Source: Turneriella sp. (lineage in GTDB: Bacteria > Spirochaetota > Leptospiria > Turneriellales > Turneriellaceae). Taken from it: a DNA stretch of 64,000 nucleotides. Location of the stretch: NCBI GenBank assembly GCA_965279515.1, contig CBDIID010000003.1, positions 3,328,001 through 3,392,000 on the forward strand. Reading direction: 5' to 3'. The notes under the pieces are model-generated. The model did not search any database, was not told where the DNA came from, and saw only the letters and a program-made list of their open reading frames with translations. A program made the translations under genes and the position numbers. Shown here one piece after another: positions 1-8,912 of this stretch. Position 1 is the first letter of the stretch; the number at the start of each line of letters is the position of its first letter.

Positions 1-2
1 AA

Positions 3-704
3 GGCCATCTCGATCATATCGCGGCGATCTTTCTCTATCTCGCGATTCTGAATACGCGGGCGGGCAATACATTGCGGGCTTATGCCTTTACGTTCCTGAG
101 TGCTGGCTGGAAATTTCTCGGCATCCTTGCCGTTGCGTTCCGCCTGAAACGCGCAGTCGCTTCGCCTTTGCAAGGTCTACTCAGGAAAGTCTTGTCTCCT
201 TTCACTTGGCTGACGATATTATTTTTCGGCGCCCAGCTGATACCCGCCCTCATGGCAACGCCGTTTGCCGCGCAGGGACTCACCGTTTACCGCCAGTACT
301 GGCACCACGGCAACGGCATTATCGAGATTTTTATCGCCTATGGTTTTGCGGCCGGCCATGGAATTTACATCGTGCAGTGGGTCATCGGGCTGCTATTTGC
401 GGTGTTTTTGCTGCTGTACCTGATGCGCAAAATACGGCTCTACGATGCGGTCTGGTTAGCAGTGGGATCTCTCCTGGTGCTGTTTCCGGTACAGCATGCG
501 TGGTATTATTTCCTGCTTTTGCCCGCGATTCTCACTTCGAAAAGATGGCGGTCTTTGATGATGCTGATCTGCTGCCTCACACCGCTCACCTATTTAGGCT
601 ATCTGCAGAGCTATAAGGCTGCGGGTTTTTGGGTGATATTGGCCGCCTGGTGTGCCGGGTGCATAATTCATTTTACCCGGCAAAAGACCTATCGGCTAAG
701 GTGA
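3..704 (+). CDS. 5'-truncated polytopic membrane protein, GT-C / GT87-like glycosyltransferase
   Basis: Frame is open from the window edge (GHLDHIAAIF...); GHxD motif, downstream conserved Lys, HAWY motif, many TM helices. Confidence 0.55.
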   Translation, partial: GHLDHIAAIFLYLAILNTRAGNTLRAYAFTFLSAGWKFLGILAVAFRLKRAVASPLQGLLRKVLSPFTWLTILFFGAQLIPALMATPFAAQGLTVYRQYWHHGNGIIEIFIAYGFAAGHGIYIVQWVIGLLFAVFLLLYLMRKIRLYDAVWLAVGSLLVLFPVQHAWYYFLLLPAILTSKRWRSLMMLICCLTPLTYLGYLQSYKAAGFWVILAAWCAGCIIHFTRQKTYRLR

Positions 705-710
705 GCGCCG

Positions 711-1634
711 ATGCGTAAATTTTTGTCCATCCTCTTGCTGCTGGCTGGTTTTCTCCCGGCGCTGTTTGCAGAATCGACGGTGCCAGGCGACGGCTCCGCG
801 CTGGCAGAACATCGTTATTTTTTCTACCGCGCCACCAAGGGCGATGTGCAGTTTTACCTGCTCGGTTCGATGCACATGGGCAAACCTGCCGATCCCGATT
901 ATCCCGCGAAAGTTTACACAGCCCTCAATGGCAGCCGGCTTTTCATACTCGAAGGCGAAGTGCGTAAAGATAAGATCCGCATGCCCGATATGAAATACAC
1001 ATACCTGCCCGACGGAACGACGATTCAAAAACTGCTGACAAAAGAAGAGAATGCTCAACTCGAAAAAATCGGCAAGATTCTGGGAGTGCATATTCCCACA
1101 TTTGAGCGTTTCCAGCCTTGGTTTACGGAGTTCATGTTCGGCTACCGCATGGCTTTTAACCAGGGATTTGTGCTCGACTACGGAACAGAGCACCGTCTGC
1201 TCCGCTATATTGACAAAAAAATTCCCGCGAAGGATAAACCGCGTATTTTTGCACTCGAGGCCTCGGACGAAGTCCTGCGGCACATGCATAAATTGCCGAT
1301 GCCCGATCAGCTAAAACGCTTTCGGGCATTTCTCGCATACTCAGAAAGGACCGGCGAGAGTAATGCCCTCGAAATGCAGAAATTCTGGATCGATGGTGAC
1401 GATGCGAAAGTTCTCGAAATTTTTCATTATTACGCACGTGAGGGCACCGAAGAAGGCAGCCGTTTTGCCCGCGTGCTGCTCTACGACCGTAACCGGCGCA
1501 TGGCCGAACGTCTTGATCTTGTCGCACATTATCCCGGACAATATTTTGTCGTCACGGGTGCGCTGCACCTGATAGGCGACAAAAGTATCTTGTCGTACCT
1601 TAAGGAAGCGGGCTTTAAAATCGAGCGCCTATGA
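711..1634 (+). CDS. TraB/GumN family protein
   Basis: Signal peptide; YLLGSMH, LLYDRNRRM and FVVTGALHL motifs. Confidence 0.85.
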   Translation: MRKFLSILLLLAGFLPALFAESTVPGDGSALAEHRYFFYRATKGDVQFYLLGSMHMGKPADPDYPAKVYTALNGSRLFILEGEVRKDKIRMPDMKYTYLPDGTTIQKLLTKEENAQLEKIGKILGVHIPTFERFQPWFTEFMFGYRMAFNQGFVLDYGTEHRLLRYIDKKIPAKDKPRIFALEASDEVLRHMHKLPMPDQLKRFRAFLAYSERTGESNALEMQKFWIDGDDAKVLEIFHYYAREGTEEGSRFARVLLYDRNRRMAERLDLVAHYPGQYFVVTGALHLIGDKSILSYLKEAGFKIERL

Positions 1635-2533
1635 AAAAGTGGGGTTGTGACAAATGCGATGGCCTGGGTTACCGTACGGTGCCCCAAATGGCGCGCCGGC
1701 AGGCGGGTTTTGTGCTCGAGGCCTGCGAGTGCGTGGAAAATCTTTGCCGTTCTTGCCCCGGCGATAAGACGAACCCCTATGTCTATCTCGACGAAAAATC
1801 GGGAAAGATCCGCGCCTGCGAATGCAAGATACCGCGCGATAGTTTAGGGCGTGTGCGCGAACTTTTTGCGCAATCGAATATCCCGGCGAAGTATCGTTTT
1901 CATCGCCTGAGGGAATTCAACCTGCAGCCGCAGTATCCGAATCCGACAAAGTCCCCGGAACTCGAGGCCGCGAAACGCAGCGCACAGGTAGCGCTGACCG
2001 CCGCACAAGACAAGGCCGAACATTTCATCGCAGGACAAAAAAAACTCCAGACCACGCACGCACAAAGTGTCTCTGCCGCAGATCTCAAAGGCCTTTTTCT
2101 CATCGGTCCGCCCGGTACCGGTAAATCGCTTCTTGCGGCCATGATCCTCAACGAACTGATTCTCACCGCCCGGCTCTCATGCCGTTATATCAAAATCTCG
2201 CGCGACTTTTTCCAGCAGTTGCGTGCAACCTTCAACAGCGACTCGGGCAGCAAAACCGAAACCGTATTCAACGACATCGCCCGGCAGGATATCCTCGTGA
2301 TCGATGATTTCGGCATCCAGTCAGACAGCGAATGGGAGCAGCGTATGCTCTACGACCTCGTCGACGCGCGTTACGAGGCGGAGCTGCCTACAATTATCAC
2401 GTCGAATATCGACCTTGAGGCCGTGAAGAATCTGTTTAAAGGGCGAATCTATTCACGTTTTACCGAGATGCTGCATATCGTGGAATTTTTCAGCGTGCGC
2501 GATTACCGGCAAGACATGCAGGGTGTAACTTAA
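1631..2533 (+). CDS. DnaC/IstB-like AAA+ ATPase with N-terminal Cys-rich Zn-binding region
   Basis: CxxC/CxC clusters, IPAKYR, Walker A GPPGTGKS, Walker B LVIDDFG, TIITSN, RIYSR. Confidence 0.85.
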   Translation: MKKWGCDKCDGLGYRTVPQMARRQAGFVLEACECVENLCRSCPGDKTNPYVYLDEKSGKIRACECKIPRDSLGRVRELFAQSNIPAKYRFHRLREFNLQPQYPNPTKSPELEAAKRSAQVALTAAQDKAEHFIAGQKKLQTTHAQSVSAADLKGLFLIGPPGTGKSLLAAMILNELILTARLSCRYIKISRDFFQQLRATFNSDSGSKTETVFNDIARQDILVIDDFGIQSDSEWEQRMLYDLVDARYEAELPTIITSNIDLEAVKNLFKGRIYSRFTEMLHIVEFFSVRDYRQDMQGVT

Positions 2534-2543
2534 AGGAAAATCT

Positions 2544-3989
2544 GTGCGCATTTGGCCGATCGTATTCGTCGTCTTAATATCGCCGGCCCTGGTATATGGC
2601 CGCAGCATGACCATCCTGGTGCATCCGCTGCAAAATGCCGGGGATGCACGCTATTCCTGGCTGCATGCCGGGTTGACAGCAACCGTCATTTCCGATCTGG
2701 CAAAAATAAAAGACATCAGCGTTATTTCCGAAGCCGACCGGAAAAAGGTGCTCAAAGAGATGGAGTTTTCCATGTCGGGATTAGTTGACGAAGAAAAAGT
2801 CGTCCGCGTCGGCAAGGTACTGGGCGCGAATCTGATTTTTACCGGTAGTTATCAGGTTATGGGCAGCCAGGTGCGTGTCAATGCGCAGTTGGTCGATGTC
2901 GAGAAAGCCCGCGTCGAAAATTCGGTCAAAATTGACGGGTCGCTTGAAAAGCTTTTTGACTTACAGGATCGTATTGTTTTGTCGCTTCTCGCAGAAACTG
3001 AAAAAATCCGCATCAGTGATATTGCCCCGGTGAGAATTACTAAAGAAGATCGCGAGAAGATACAGGCCCAGGTACGCCCCTCGCTGAGTTCGTACGAGCT
3101 CTACGCGCGCGGACTGGAAATACAAAAAAGCGATCCGCAGAAGGCTATGGAATTTTTCAGGCAAAGCCTGAAGGCTGACCCACAGTACCTGGATGCATTA
3201 CGCGAAGCGGGTTTGACTGCCGGCAAGATGTTAAATCGCTTCGACGAAGCTTTATCGTATCTCGCGAAAACAGAAAAAATACTGGTGAAGAAGACCGGTA
3301 AGTTGTCGCCCGCCTATGCGAGCCTGATGAACAGCATCGGTGTTGTCTATGATGAAAAAGGCGATTTGGAAAAGACAATCGATTATTATGGAAGGTCGCA
3401 GAAGACCTATGAGAAACTAAACCAGACCCAAACAGCCGGGTATGCCGTACTGATGAATAATCTGGGGATTGCCCACCGGAAAAAAGGTGATCTCAAGAAA
3501 GCCATTGGTTTTTATATCAGTTCTAAAAAAATCCGCGATAAACTGGGTCTGCAAAAGACGGCCGGGTATGCCGAACTCATGAATAATGCCGGCGTTGCGT
3601 TTCAGGAAAGCGGTGACCTCGAAGGCGCCATGAAGGGATTTACCCGCGCCAAAGAAACCTACGAGGCGATCGCCCTGCAAAAAACCGGGGGGTATGCAGG
3701 GCTGCTAAACAACATTGGCCTGGTGCATAAGGAAAATGGCGCTTTTCCCGAAGCCCTGCAGTTTCATCTGCAATCCAAGCAGTTTTTCGATGAGCTCGCT
3801 CTCGGAAAGACCACCGCGTATGCAAATGTGCTCTATAATATTGCCATCGTTTACGAAAAACTCGGCCAACGCGCTGAAGCGCACGCCTATTTCGGCAGTG
3901 CTTATTCCGCTTATGCAGGGCTGGGGCGTGAAAAAGATGCCGAAGATGCGCGCAAAAACGCCGAGCGGTTGCGCTTCGGCGCGCCTTAG
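2544..3989 (+). CDS. Exported protein with TolB-N/FlgO-like domain and TPR repeats
   Basis: Signal peptide; GKVLGANLIFTGSY motif; ~42-aa repeats YAxLMNNxG. Confidence 0.8.
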   Translation: MRIWPIVFVVLISPALVYGRSMTILVHPLQNAGDARYSWLHAGLTATVISDLAKIKDISVISEADRKKVLKEMEFSMSGLVDEEKVVRVGKVLGANLIFTGSYQVMGSQVRVNAQLVDVEKARVENSVKIDGSLEKLFDLQDRIVLSLLAETEKIRISDIAPVRITKEDREKIQAQVRPSLSSYELYARGLEIQKSDPQKAMEFFRQSLKADPQYLDALREAGLTAGKMLNRFDEALSYLAKTEKILVKKTGKLSPAYASLMNSIGVVYDEKGDLEKTIDYYGRSQKTYEKLNQTQTAGYAVLMNNLGIAHRKKGDLKKAIGFYISSKKIRDKLGLQKTAGYAELMNNAGVAFQESGDLEGAMKGFTRAKETYEAIALQKTGGYAGLLNNIGLVHKENGAFPEALQFHLQSKQFFDELALGKTTAYANVLYNIAIVYEKLGQRAEAHAYFGSAYSAYAGLGREKDAEDARKNAERLRFGAP

Positions 3990-4019
3990 CACGGAAATGC
4001 GTAAACGCTTTACGGCCTG

Positions 4020-4043
4020 ACGCGTCGATGATTATCGACGCGT
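4020..4043. promoter_or_regulatory. Inverted repeat directly before the acyl-CoA dehydrogenase start
   Basis: ACGCGTCGAT-GATT-ATCGACGCGT, one base before ATG 4045. Confidence 0.4.
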
Positions 4044-4044
4044 T

Positions 4045-5226
4045 ATGAAGCACGACCCCAGCCTTCTCGATTTTAATATTTCTCCCGATTTGCAGGAAAT
4101 GGCGGATTTACTCCACCAGGTCTGCCAGAATGAAATCATTCCCCGCCGCGCGGAGCTCGACGAGAAAGAAGAGTATCCCTTCGAAATCTTTAACAAATTC
4201 AAAGAGGCGGGCCTGCCCGGAATCATGTATGGTGAAGAGTATGGTGGCGCGGGCCTCGGCCTGTTTGCGGCGATCCTCTTTGCTGAAATTGTCAGCGAAT
4301 ACTGCCTCGGGGTAAACACGGCGATCTCTGCAACCAAACTCGGCGCCCTGCCGATCGAGCACGGCGGCACCGAAGAGCAAAAAAAGAAATATCTGAGCGC
4401 ATTTGCCTCAGGCGAAAAGATTGGCGCGTTCGGCCTCACCGAGCCCAACGCCGGTTCTGATGTGCCCAATCTTTCTACCACCGCCGTCAAAAAAGGCGAT
4501 CGTTATATTCTCAACGGCACCAAACAGTGGATCTCCAACTCGGGAGTCGCCGACGTTTATACCATTTTTGCCATCACCGACAAATCAAAGGGCCCGCGCG
4601 GCATGTCGTGTTTTATCGTTGAGAAGGGCACGAAGGGGCTCGAATACGGCAAGCTTGAGCAAAAGATGGGTATCCGCTGCTCGCATACCCGCCAGGTGAT
4701 TCTCGAAGATTGCGAAGTGCCCGAAGAAAACCTCGTGGGATTAAAACCGAACCGCGGGTTTATCCACGCGATTCAGACTTTGACTTCGTCGCGTCCAGCC
4801 GTGGCTGCTTCAGCGGTGGGTCTCGCTGTTGGCGCCTACAAAGAAGCCGTTAAATACGCGCGCCAGCGTGAACAGTTCGGCAAAAACATCATCAACTTCC
4901 AGGCAGTGCAGCACATGCTCGCCGACATGGCGACCAAGATCGAGTGCGCGCGCCTTATCACTTACCGCGCGGCAAAATACGCCATGGCGGGTCACCCTGA
5001 CACAGCAAAATATTCCGCAATGGCAAAATACACTGCTTCTGAAACGGCGGTATCTGTCGCGAACGACGCGCTGCAGCTGCACGGCGGTTATGGTTTCACC
5101 AAAGACTATCCGATTGAGAAAATGTACCGCGACGCAAAAATTCTGACGATCTACGAAGGCACGAGCCAGATTCAGAAGAATGAAATCGGCGCTTACATCA
5201 TCAAAGAATCAGCGACGTTGAAATAG
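4045..5226 (+). CDS. Acyl-CoA dehydrogenase
   Basis: AFGLTEPNAGSD, LNGTKQWISN, REQFGK, LQLHGGYG, IYEGTSQIQ. Confidence 0.95.
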   Translation: MKHDPSLLDFNISPDLQEMADLLHQVCQNEIIPRRAELDEKEEYPFEIFNKFKEAGLPGIMYGEEYGGAGLGLFAAILFAEIVSEYCLGVNTAISATKLGALPIEHGGTEEQKKKYLSAFASGEKIGAFGLTEPNAGSDVPNLSTTAVKKGDRYILNGTKQWISNSGVADVYTIFAITDKSKGPRGMSCFIVEKGTKGLEYGKLEQKMGIRCSHTRQVILEDCEVPEENLVGLKPNRGFIHAIQTLTSSRPAVAASAVGLAVGAYKEAVKYARQREQFGKNIINFQAVQHMLADMATKIECARLITYRAAKYAMAGHPDTAKYSAMAKYTASETAVSVANDALQLHGGYGFTKDYPIEKMYRDAKILTIYEGTSQIQKNEIGAYIIKESATLK

Positions 5227-5228
5227 AT

Positions 5229-5258
5229 TTTTGCCCACGAATGAATTCGTGGGCAAAA
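5229..5258. repeat. Perfect intergenic hairpin with 14-bp arms (REP-like)
   Basis: TTTTGCCCACGAAT-GA-ATTCGTGGGCAAAA. Confidence 0.6.
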
Positions 5259-5277
5259 GATTGAAATTCGGATTTTT

Positions 5278-6234
5278 ATGAGATACATTCGATTAAGTTA
5301 TGTTTTCGTCCTGATTGTTTCAGCGGCGCTGTTTTGCAGCTCGACCCAACAGAAGCAGGCCACTGATACCGGTAAAAAAACTTACCTGCGCGGACTTTAC
5401 TTGCCCGTGCGCAAGGGAGCGGGTGACTCGCGCAATCTGGATTTCGTCAAATCTACCGTCGCACGCGGTAAGCCTCTCGGCATCAACGCATACGTGCTCG
5501 ATGTACAGGCATTCCAGGGAAATAAGAACAAGGTAAATCCGGAAGTTGTGGCCTACCTGAAGTCAGAGCAAATCTATACGGTCGCGCGCGTCGTTTGTTT
5601 CGAAGGCGGTATCAAGAAGTTCCCGGTACCACAACCTCATCTCGATAATTTAGCGGCTTTGGTAGAAGAGGTCTCGCAGCAGGGCTTCGACGAAGTGCAG
5701 CTCGATTACATCCGTTTTGCAGACGAAGGCGTGCGTGTGTCGCTCAGGAAAAAATACGAATTTCTCGACCAGTTCATTGCGAGTATGCGCGAAATCACGA
5801 AGCGTCGTAACGTGAAACTCTCCGCCGATATCTTTGGCCGTATTGTGTATAACAAAGACGACATGATTGGCCAGAAACTCGAGAATTTCGCGAAACACAC
5901 CGATGTCATCTATCCGATGCTCTACCCCAGCCATTTCACGGCTGATAAAAAACGCCTTTCAGATCCGGGCTTTACGGTGAAAGAGGGCACCGAAAACGCC
6001 ATCAACCGCCTTCAGGGAAAAAACACCGAAATCATGCCCTGGGTGCAATGTTTCGTCTACAATATCCAGCATGCGCGGGTGAACCTCACGCAGTATGTCG
6101 TTCTGCAGGTTGAAGGCGTCGAAAAGACCGGCGCGCGCGGTTGGGTGGCGTGGAATGCAAAAGGCGATTATAAAGAAGTCTTTCAGGCTCTCGAAAAAAT
6201 CAGCCAAACCCCACCCCTTCCCCTCCCCTTATAG
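5278..6234 (+). CDS. Putative glycoside hydrolase lipoprotein (DUF4015-like)
   Basis: Lipobox-like LFC; GFDEVQLDYIRF, SADIFG, IGQKLE, PMLYPSHF. Confidence 0.75.
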   Translation: MRYIRLSYVFVLIVSAALFCSSTQQKQATDTGKKTYLRGLYLPVRKGAGDSRNLDFVKSTVARGKPLGINAYVLDVQAFQGNKNKVNPEVVAYLKSEQIYTVARVVCFEGGIKKFPVPQPHLDNLAALVEEVSQQGFDEVQLDYIRFADEGVRVSLRKKYEFLDQFIASMREITKRRNVKLSADIFGRIVYNKDDMIGQKLENFAKHTDVIYPMLYPSHFTADKKRLSDPGFTVKEGTENAINRLQGKNTEIMPWVQCFVYNIQHARVNLTQYVVLQVEGVEKTGARGWVAWNAKGDYKEVFQALEKISQTPPLPLPL

Positions 6235-6292
6235 GGGAGGGGTGCATATTCCCCCTCTCCCTATGAGGGAGAGGGGGCTAGGGGGTGAGGGT
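6208..6292. repeat. Inverted pair of BoxC-like C/G-rich palindromic repeats (family A)
   Basis: ACCCCACCCCTTCCCCTCCCC-TTATA-GGGGAGGGG and CCCCCTCTCCC-TATGA-GGGAGAGGGGG-CTAGGGGGTGAGGG between convergent genes. Confidence 0.8.
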
Positions 6293-7482
6293 TAAAGCTC
6301 TATATTCTGCACCGCGGCCGATTTCTCGAGTGTCTTGAGGAAATCCTGCATGCCGACAAGGTCGGTCGTGGTGAAAAACACCTGCCCGACATTACCGCCG
6401 CCTAAGAAGTCGATAAAACTTGCGCGGCGGTTGAGGTCGAGTTCATTTAGAATATCATCGATGAGCAGTACGGGTGTTGTGCCGAGCTTCATACGCATAT
6501 AGCTGAACTGTGCCATTTTGAGCGCGAGTGCTGCCGTGCGTTTCTGTCCCTGCGAGCCGACACTGCGGATTTCGCGTTCGACGTCGCCCCCTTGGGTGAA
6601 AAAAATCCTGTCGCGGTGGATGCCGCTGGTAGTCTGTCTCAGGCGCAGGTCGTTTGCACGGCGGTCTTTCAGCATCGCCATGTAATCTTCAACAGTTCGT
6701 ACTTGTCCGGTATCTCCGCTGCTCGCCTCGACGCCATCCGTGGCGGCTCGCAGCCGAGTACTTCCTGTACTACCGCGATATTCAATCTGCCAGGCATCTT
6801 TACCCGACGAGATTTTAGCGACATTCTCGGCAAAGGGGGATGTAAACTCGGGAATAAACTGGCGTCGCTTTTCGAGTATTTCTACACCTGCGGTGGCGAG
6901 CTCGCGGTCGACGGCGGTGAGTACCCCTTCATCGGGGCGCGATTTCAGCGTCTGGCTTCTGAGTTTCAGCGCGCGGTGGTAATGCTGCAGCGCCGCAAAA
7001 TAGGCGGGGTAGAGCATCGAGAGTAAGAGGTCGAGAAAACGCCGGCGCTCTGAATGGTCGCCGGCGATGATGCGCATGTCGTCGGGCGATAGCACGACGC
7101 TGGGAATACGGCCGATGATGTTCGCCGCCTTCTCGTTCGGGCGGCCGTCGAAGGTGTATTTTTTCACCATCGCCGCTTTTGCATCGCCGGGGTTCTGGCC
7201 GTAGGCAATCGCGATTTTATGTTCTTCACCTGTTGAAACGAATGTTGCCTCTACCCGGTAAAAACTCGCGCCGAATTTGATCATTTCGCGGTCGAGCGCA
7301 AAGCGGAACGATTTGAGAAAAGAAACCAGGCCGATTGCTTCGAGAATCGTCGTTTTACCAGCACCGTTATTGCCGGTGATGAAGATCAGGCCGTCACTGA
7401 AAGTGTAGTCTGCTTTTTCGGCGTTGCGGAAATTTTTCAGCGAGAGACTGCGTATCTTGACTGGTTGCGAAATGGAATTCAT
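6292..7482 (-). CDS. recF: DNA replication/repair protein RecF
   Basis: NFRN, Walker A GNNGAGKT, KSFR, ERRRFLD, GSQGQKR, LLIDDILNELD. Confidence 0.95.
   Translation of the reverse strand: MNSISQPVKIRSLSLKNFRNAEKADYTFSDGLIFITGNNGAGKTTILEAIGLVSFLKSFRFALDREMIKFGASFYRVEATFVSTGEEHKIAIAYGQNPGDAKAAMVKKYTFDGRPNEKAANIIGRIPSVVLSPDDMRIIAGDHSERRRFLDLLLSMLYPAYFAALQHYHRALKLRSQTLKSRPDEGVLTAVDRELATAGVEILEKRRQFIPEFTSPFAENVAKISSGKDAWQIEYRGSTGSTRLRAATDGVEASSGDTGQVRTVEDYMAMLKDRRANDLRLRQTTSGIHRDRIFFTQGGDVEREIRSVGSQGQKRTAALALKMAQFSYMRMKLGTTPVLLIDDILNELDLNRRASFIDFLGGGNVGQVFFTTTDLVGMQDFLKTLEKSAAVQNIEL
6732..6771 (+). repeat. Double hairpin with TCCN loops inside recF (family C)
   Basis: CGCCA-TCCG-TGGCG, then GCTCGCAGCCG, then AGTAC-TTCCT-GTACT. 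Confidence 0.6.
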
Positions 7483-7488
7483 CTAAAT

Positions 7489-7529
7489 GTCCCCACCCCC
7501 GGCCCCTCCCCGCATGCGGGGAGGGGGGC
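7489..7529 (-). repeat. BoxC-like palindromic repeat (family A) between dnaN and recF
   Basis: Reverse complement GCCCCCCTCCCCGCATGCGGGGAGGGGCCGGGGGTGGGGAC. Confidence 0.85.
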
Positions 7530-7563
7530 CTGGCAGGCAGGTGGGGATTGAGTTCGAGTCACA

Positions 7564-8706
7564 TTAAATTTTCATCGGCATTACAAGAGCGATAAAATCC
7601 GGATCGTCCACATCTTGCACCACAAGCGGCTTGTTCGCGTCATTCATACCGAGGCGCACGCGCGGGCAGCTTAGGGCTTTGAGGATGTCGATAAGGTAAG
7701 TGATGTTAAAACCGATTTCGAGACGTTCGCCCGAGTAGTCGGCTTCGAGCGCCACTTCGGCACGGCTGCCCTGGCCCGATGACTGGCCGGTGATGTGCAT
7801 CTTCTTGTTTTCAAGAGCCATACGGCATTGGTGTGAAGGCGGCTCGGTGACGGGGCGAATCTGCTGCAGCGCTTCGATGAGTTTGTCGCGGCTCATCTCG
7901 AGTTGTACGGGAGTTTCTGAAGGCAGTACGCGTTTGTAGTCGGGAAACTTGCCTTCGAGCAGGCGGCTCGACAGCTGTGCATCGCCGACGCGCACAAAGA
8001 GGTCGCGTTGTTCGACTCCGATGAGAACTTCGTCAGCGACATCGATGAGTTTCTGCATCTCGCGGATAGCCTTCGCGTGCACCACGACATCCCCGCCCTG
8101 GGGCAGGTTGACAGGAGAAGAAAGTTTGCGTGTGATCGCTGCGAGGCGGCGGCCGTCGGTGCCGACCAGCGTCAGTTGGTCACCCGAACCCTGGAAGCAG
8201 AGGCCGTTATAGATATAGCGGTTATCTTCTTGCGAGATTGCATACTGCGTCTTGCGGATCATCTCTTCGAGAATTGCGGATGAGATCGAAAAGAGTTTAT
8301 TGTCGCTGAGACGGTTGAGCGTCGGAAAGTGTTTCGCCGAGTTACCGGGCATGACGTATGCAGCCGAGGCTTCGCTGGTACCCCTGAGATTGACGCGGAA
8401 AGCCGCGGCGCCTTCGTCGGGGGTTTCTTCAGTCTCGACTTCAACGATGAGATCTTTGGAAACCAGAGAGCCGACATATTCCTGAAACTGTTTCGCGGGA
8501 ATGATGAATTCCCCCGGCTTGGCGCTCTCGACGGGGACCGTGATACGCGCGGTTGTCTCCATATCTGAGGCGGTGATCGAAACCTGTTTTGCCTCGACGG
8601 CGATCAGCAGGTTCGAGAGCATCGTACCCATGTCGCGGTGGGGAATGATTGCGTCGATGCGGCGCACGGCTTTATCGATCGCATCTTTGTTTGTTTGGAA
8701 TTTCAT
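7564..8706 (-). CDS. dnaN: DNA polymerase III beta sliding clamp
   Basis: Start MKFQTNK at 8706; ASDME, VGTDGRRLA, SRLLEGKFPDY, IGFNITYLIDIL, LVMPMK. Confidence 0.97.
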   Translation of the reverse strand: MKFQTNKDAIDKAVRRIDAIIPHRDMGTMLSNLLIAVEAKQVSITASDMETTARITVPVESAKPGEFIIPAKQFQEYVGSLVSKDLIVEVETEETPDEGAAAFRVNLRGTSEASAAYVMPGNSAKHFPTLNRLSDNKLFSISSAILEEMIRKTQYAISQEDNRYIYNGLCFQGSGDQLTLVGTDGRRLAAITRKLSSPVNLPQGGDVVVHAKAIREMQKLIDVADEVLIGVEQRDLFVRVGDAQLSSRLLEGKFPDYKRVLPSETPVQLEMSRDKLIEALQQIRPVTEPPSHQCRMALENKKMHITGQSSGQGSRAEVALEADYSGERLEIGFNITYLIDILKALSCPRVRLGMNDANKPLVVQDVDDPDFIALVMPMKI

Positions 8707-8766
8707 GTGACCCTTTGGAGACGCACAACGATAAAGCCTTGATAAGACATAAAGCAAAATACCTAT

Positions 8767-8905
8767 GGGGTCGCCTAAAAAATGCGTCTTGAAATAATAT
8801 ATTATTCGGGGAAAACCGGAAGCAGGCCTCCTGGCCGCTTTAGCAGCGATTTGCCGCGGCAAATCGCGAGGCTTCCGGTTTTCCTGCGCATTTTTTGGCG
8901 ACCTC
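8767..8905. other. Nested multi-stem inverted-repeat element between dnaN and truA (MITE-like or structured RNA)
   Basis: Stems 8769-8786/8887-8903 and 8810-8823/8871-8884; palindromes 8793-8806 and 8846-8867; hairpin 8825-8836. Confidence 0.7.
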
Positions 8906-8912
8906 AATTTAT

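Noticed and set aside
1631..2533. IS21 element
   Set aside because: No IstA transposase or terminal repeats; the gene is tightly packed among host genes
8707..8907. Extended N-termini in the ORF track (dnaN, tgt, ADH, AraC, NHL paralog 3, cyclase)
   Set aside because: The extensions cross repeats or neighbouring genes; downstream starts fit family lengths and SD positions
8707..8912. oriC, SRP RNA or tRNA upstream of dnaN
   Set aside because: No DnaA boxes; CCGGAAGCAG only loosely resembles the SRP domain IV loop; no cloverleaf
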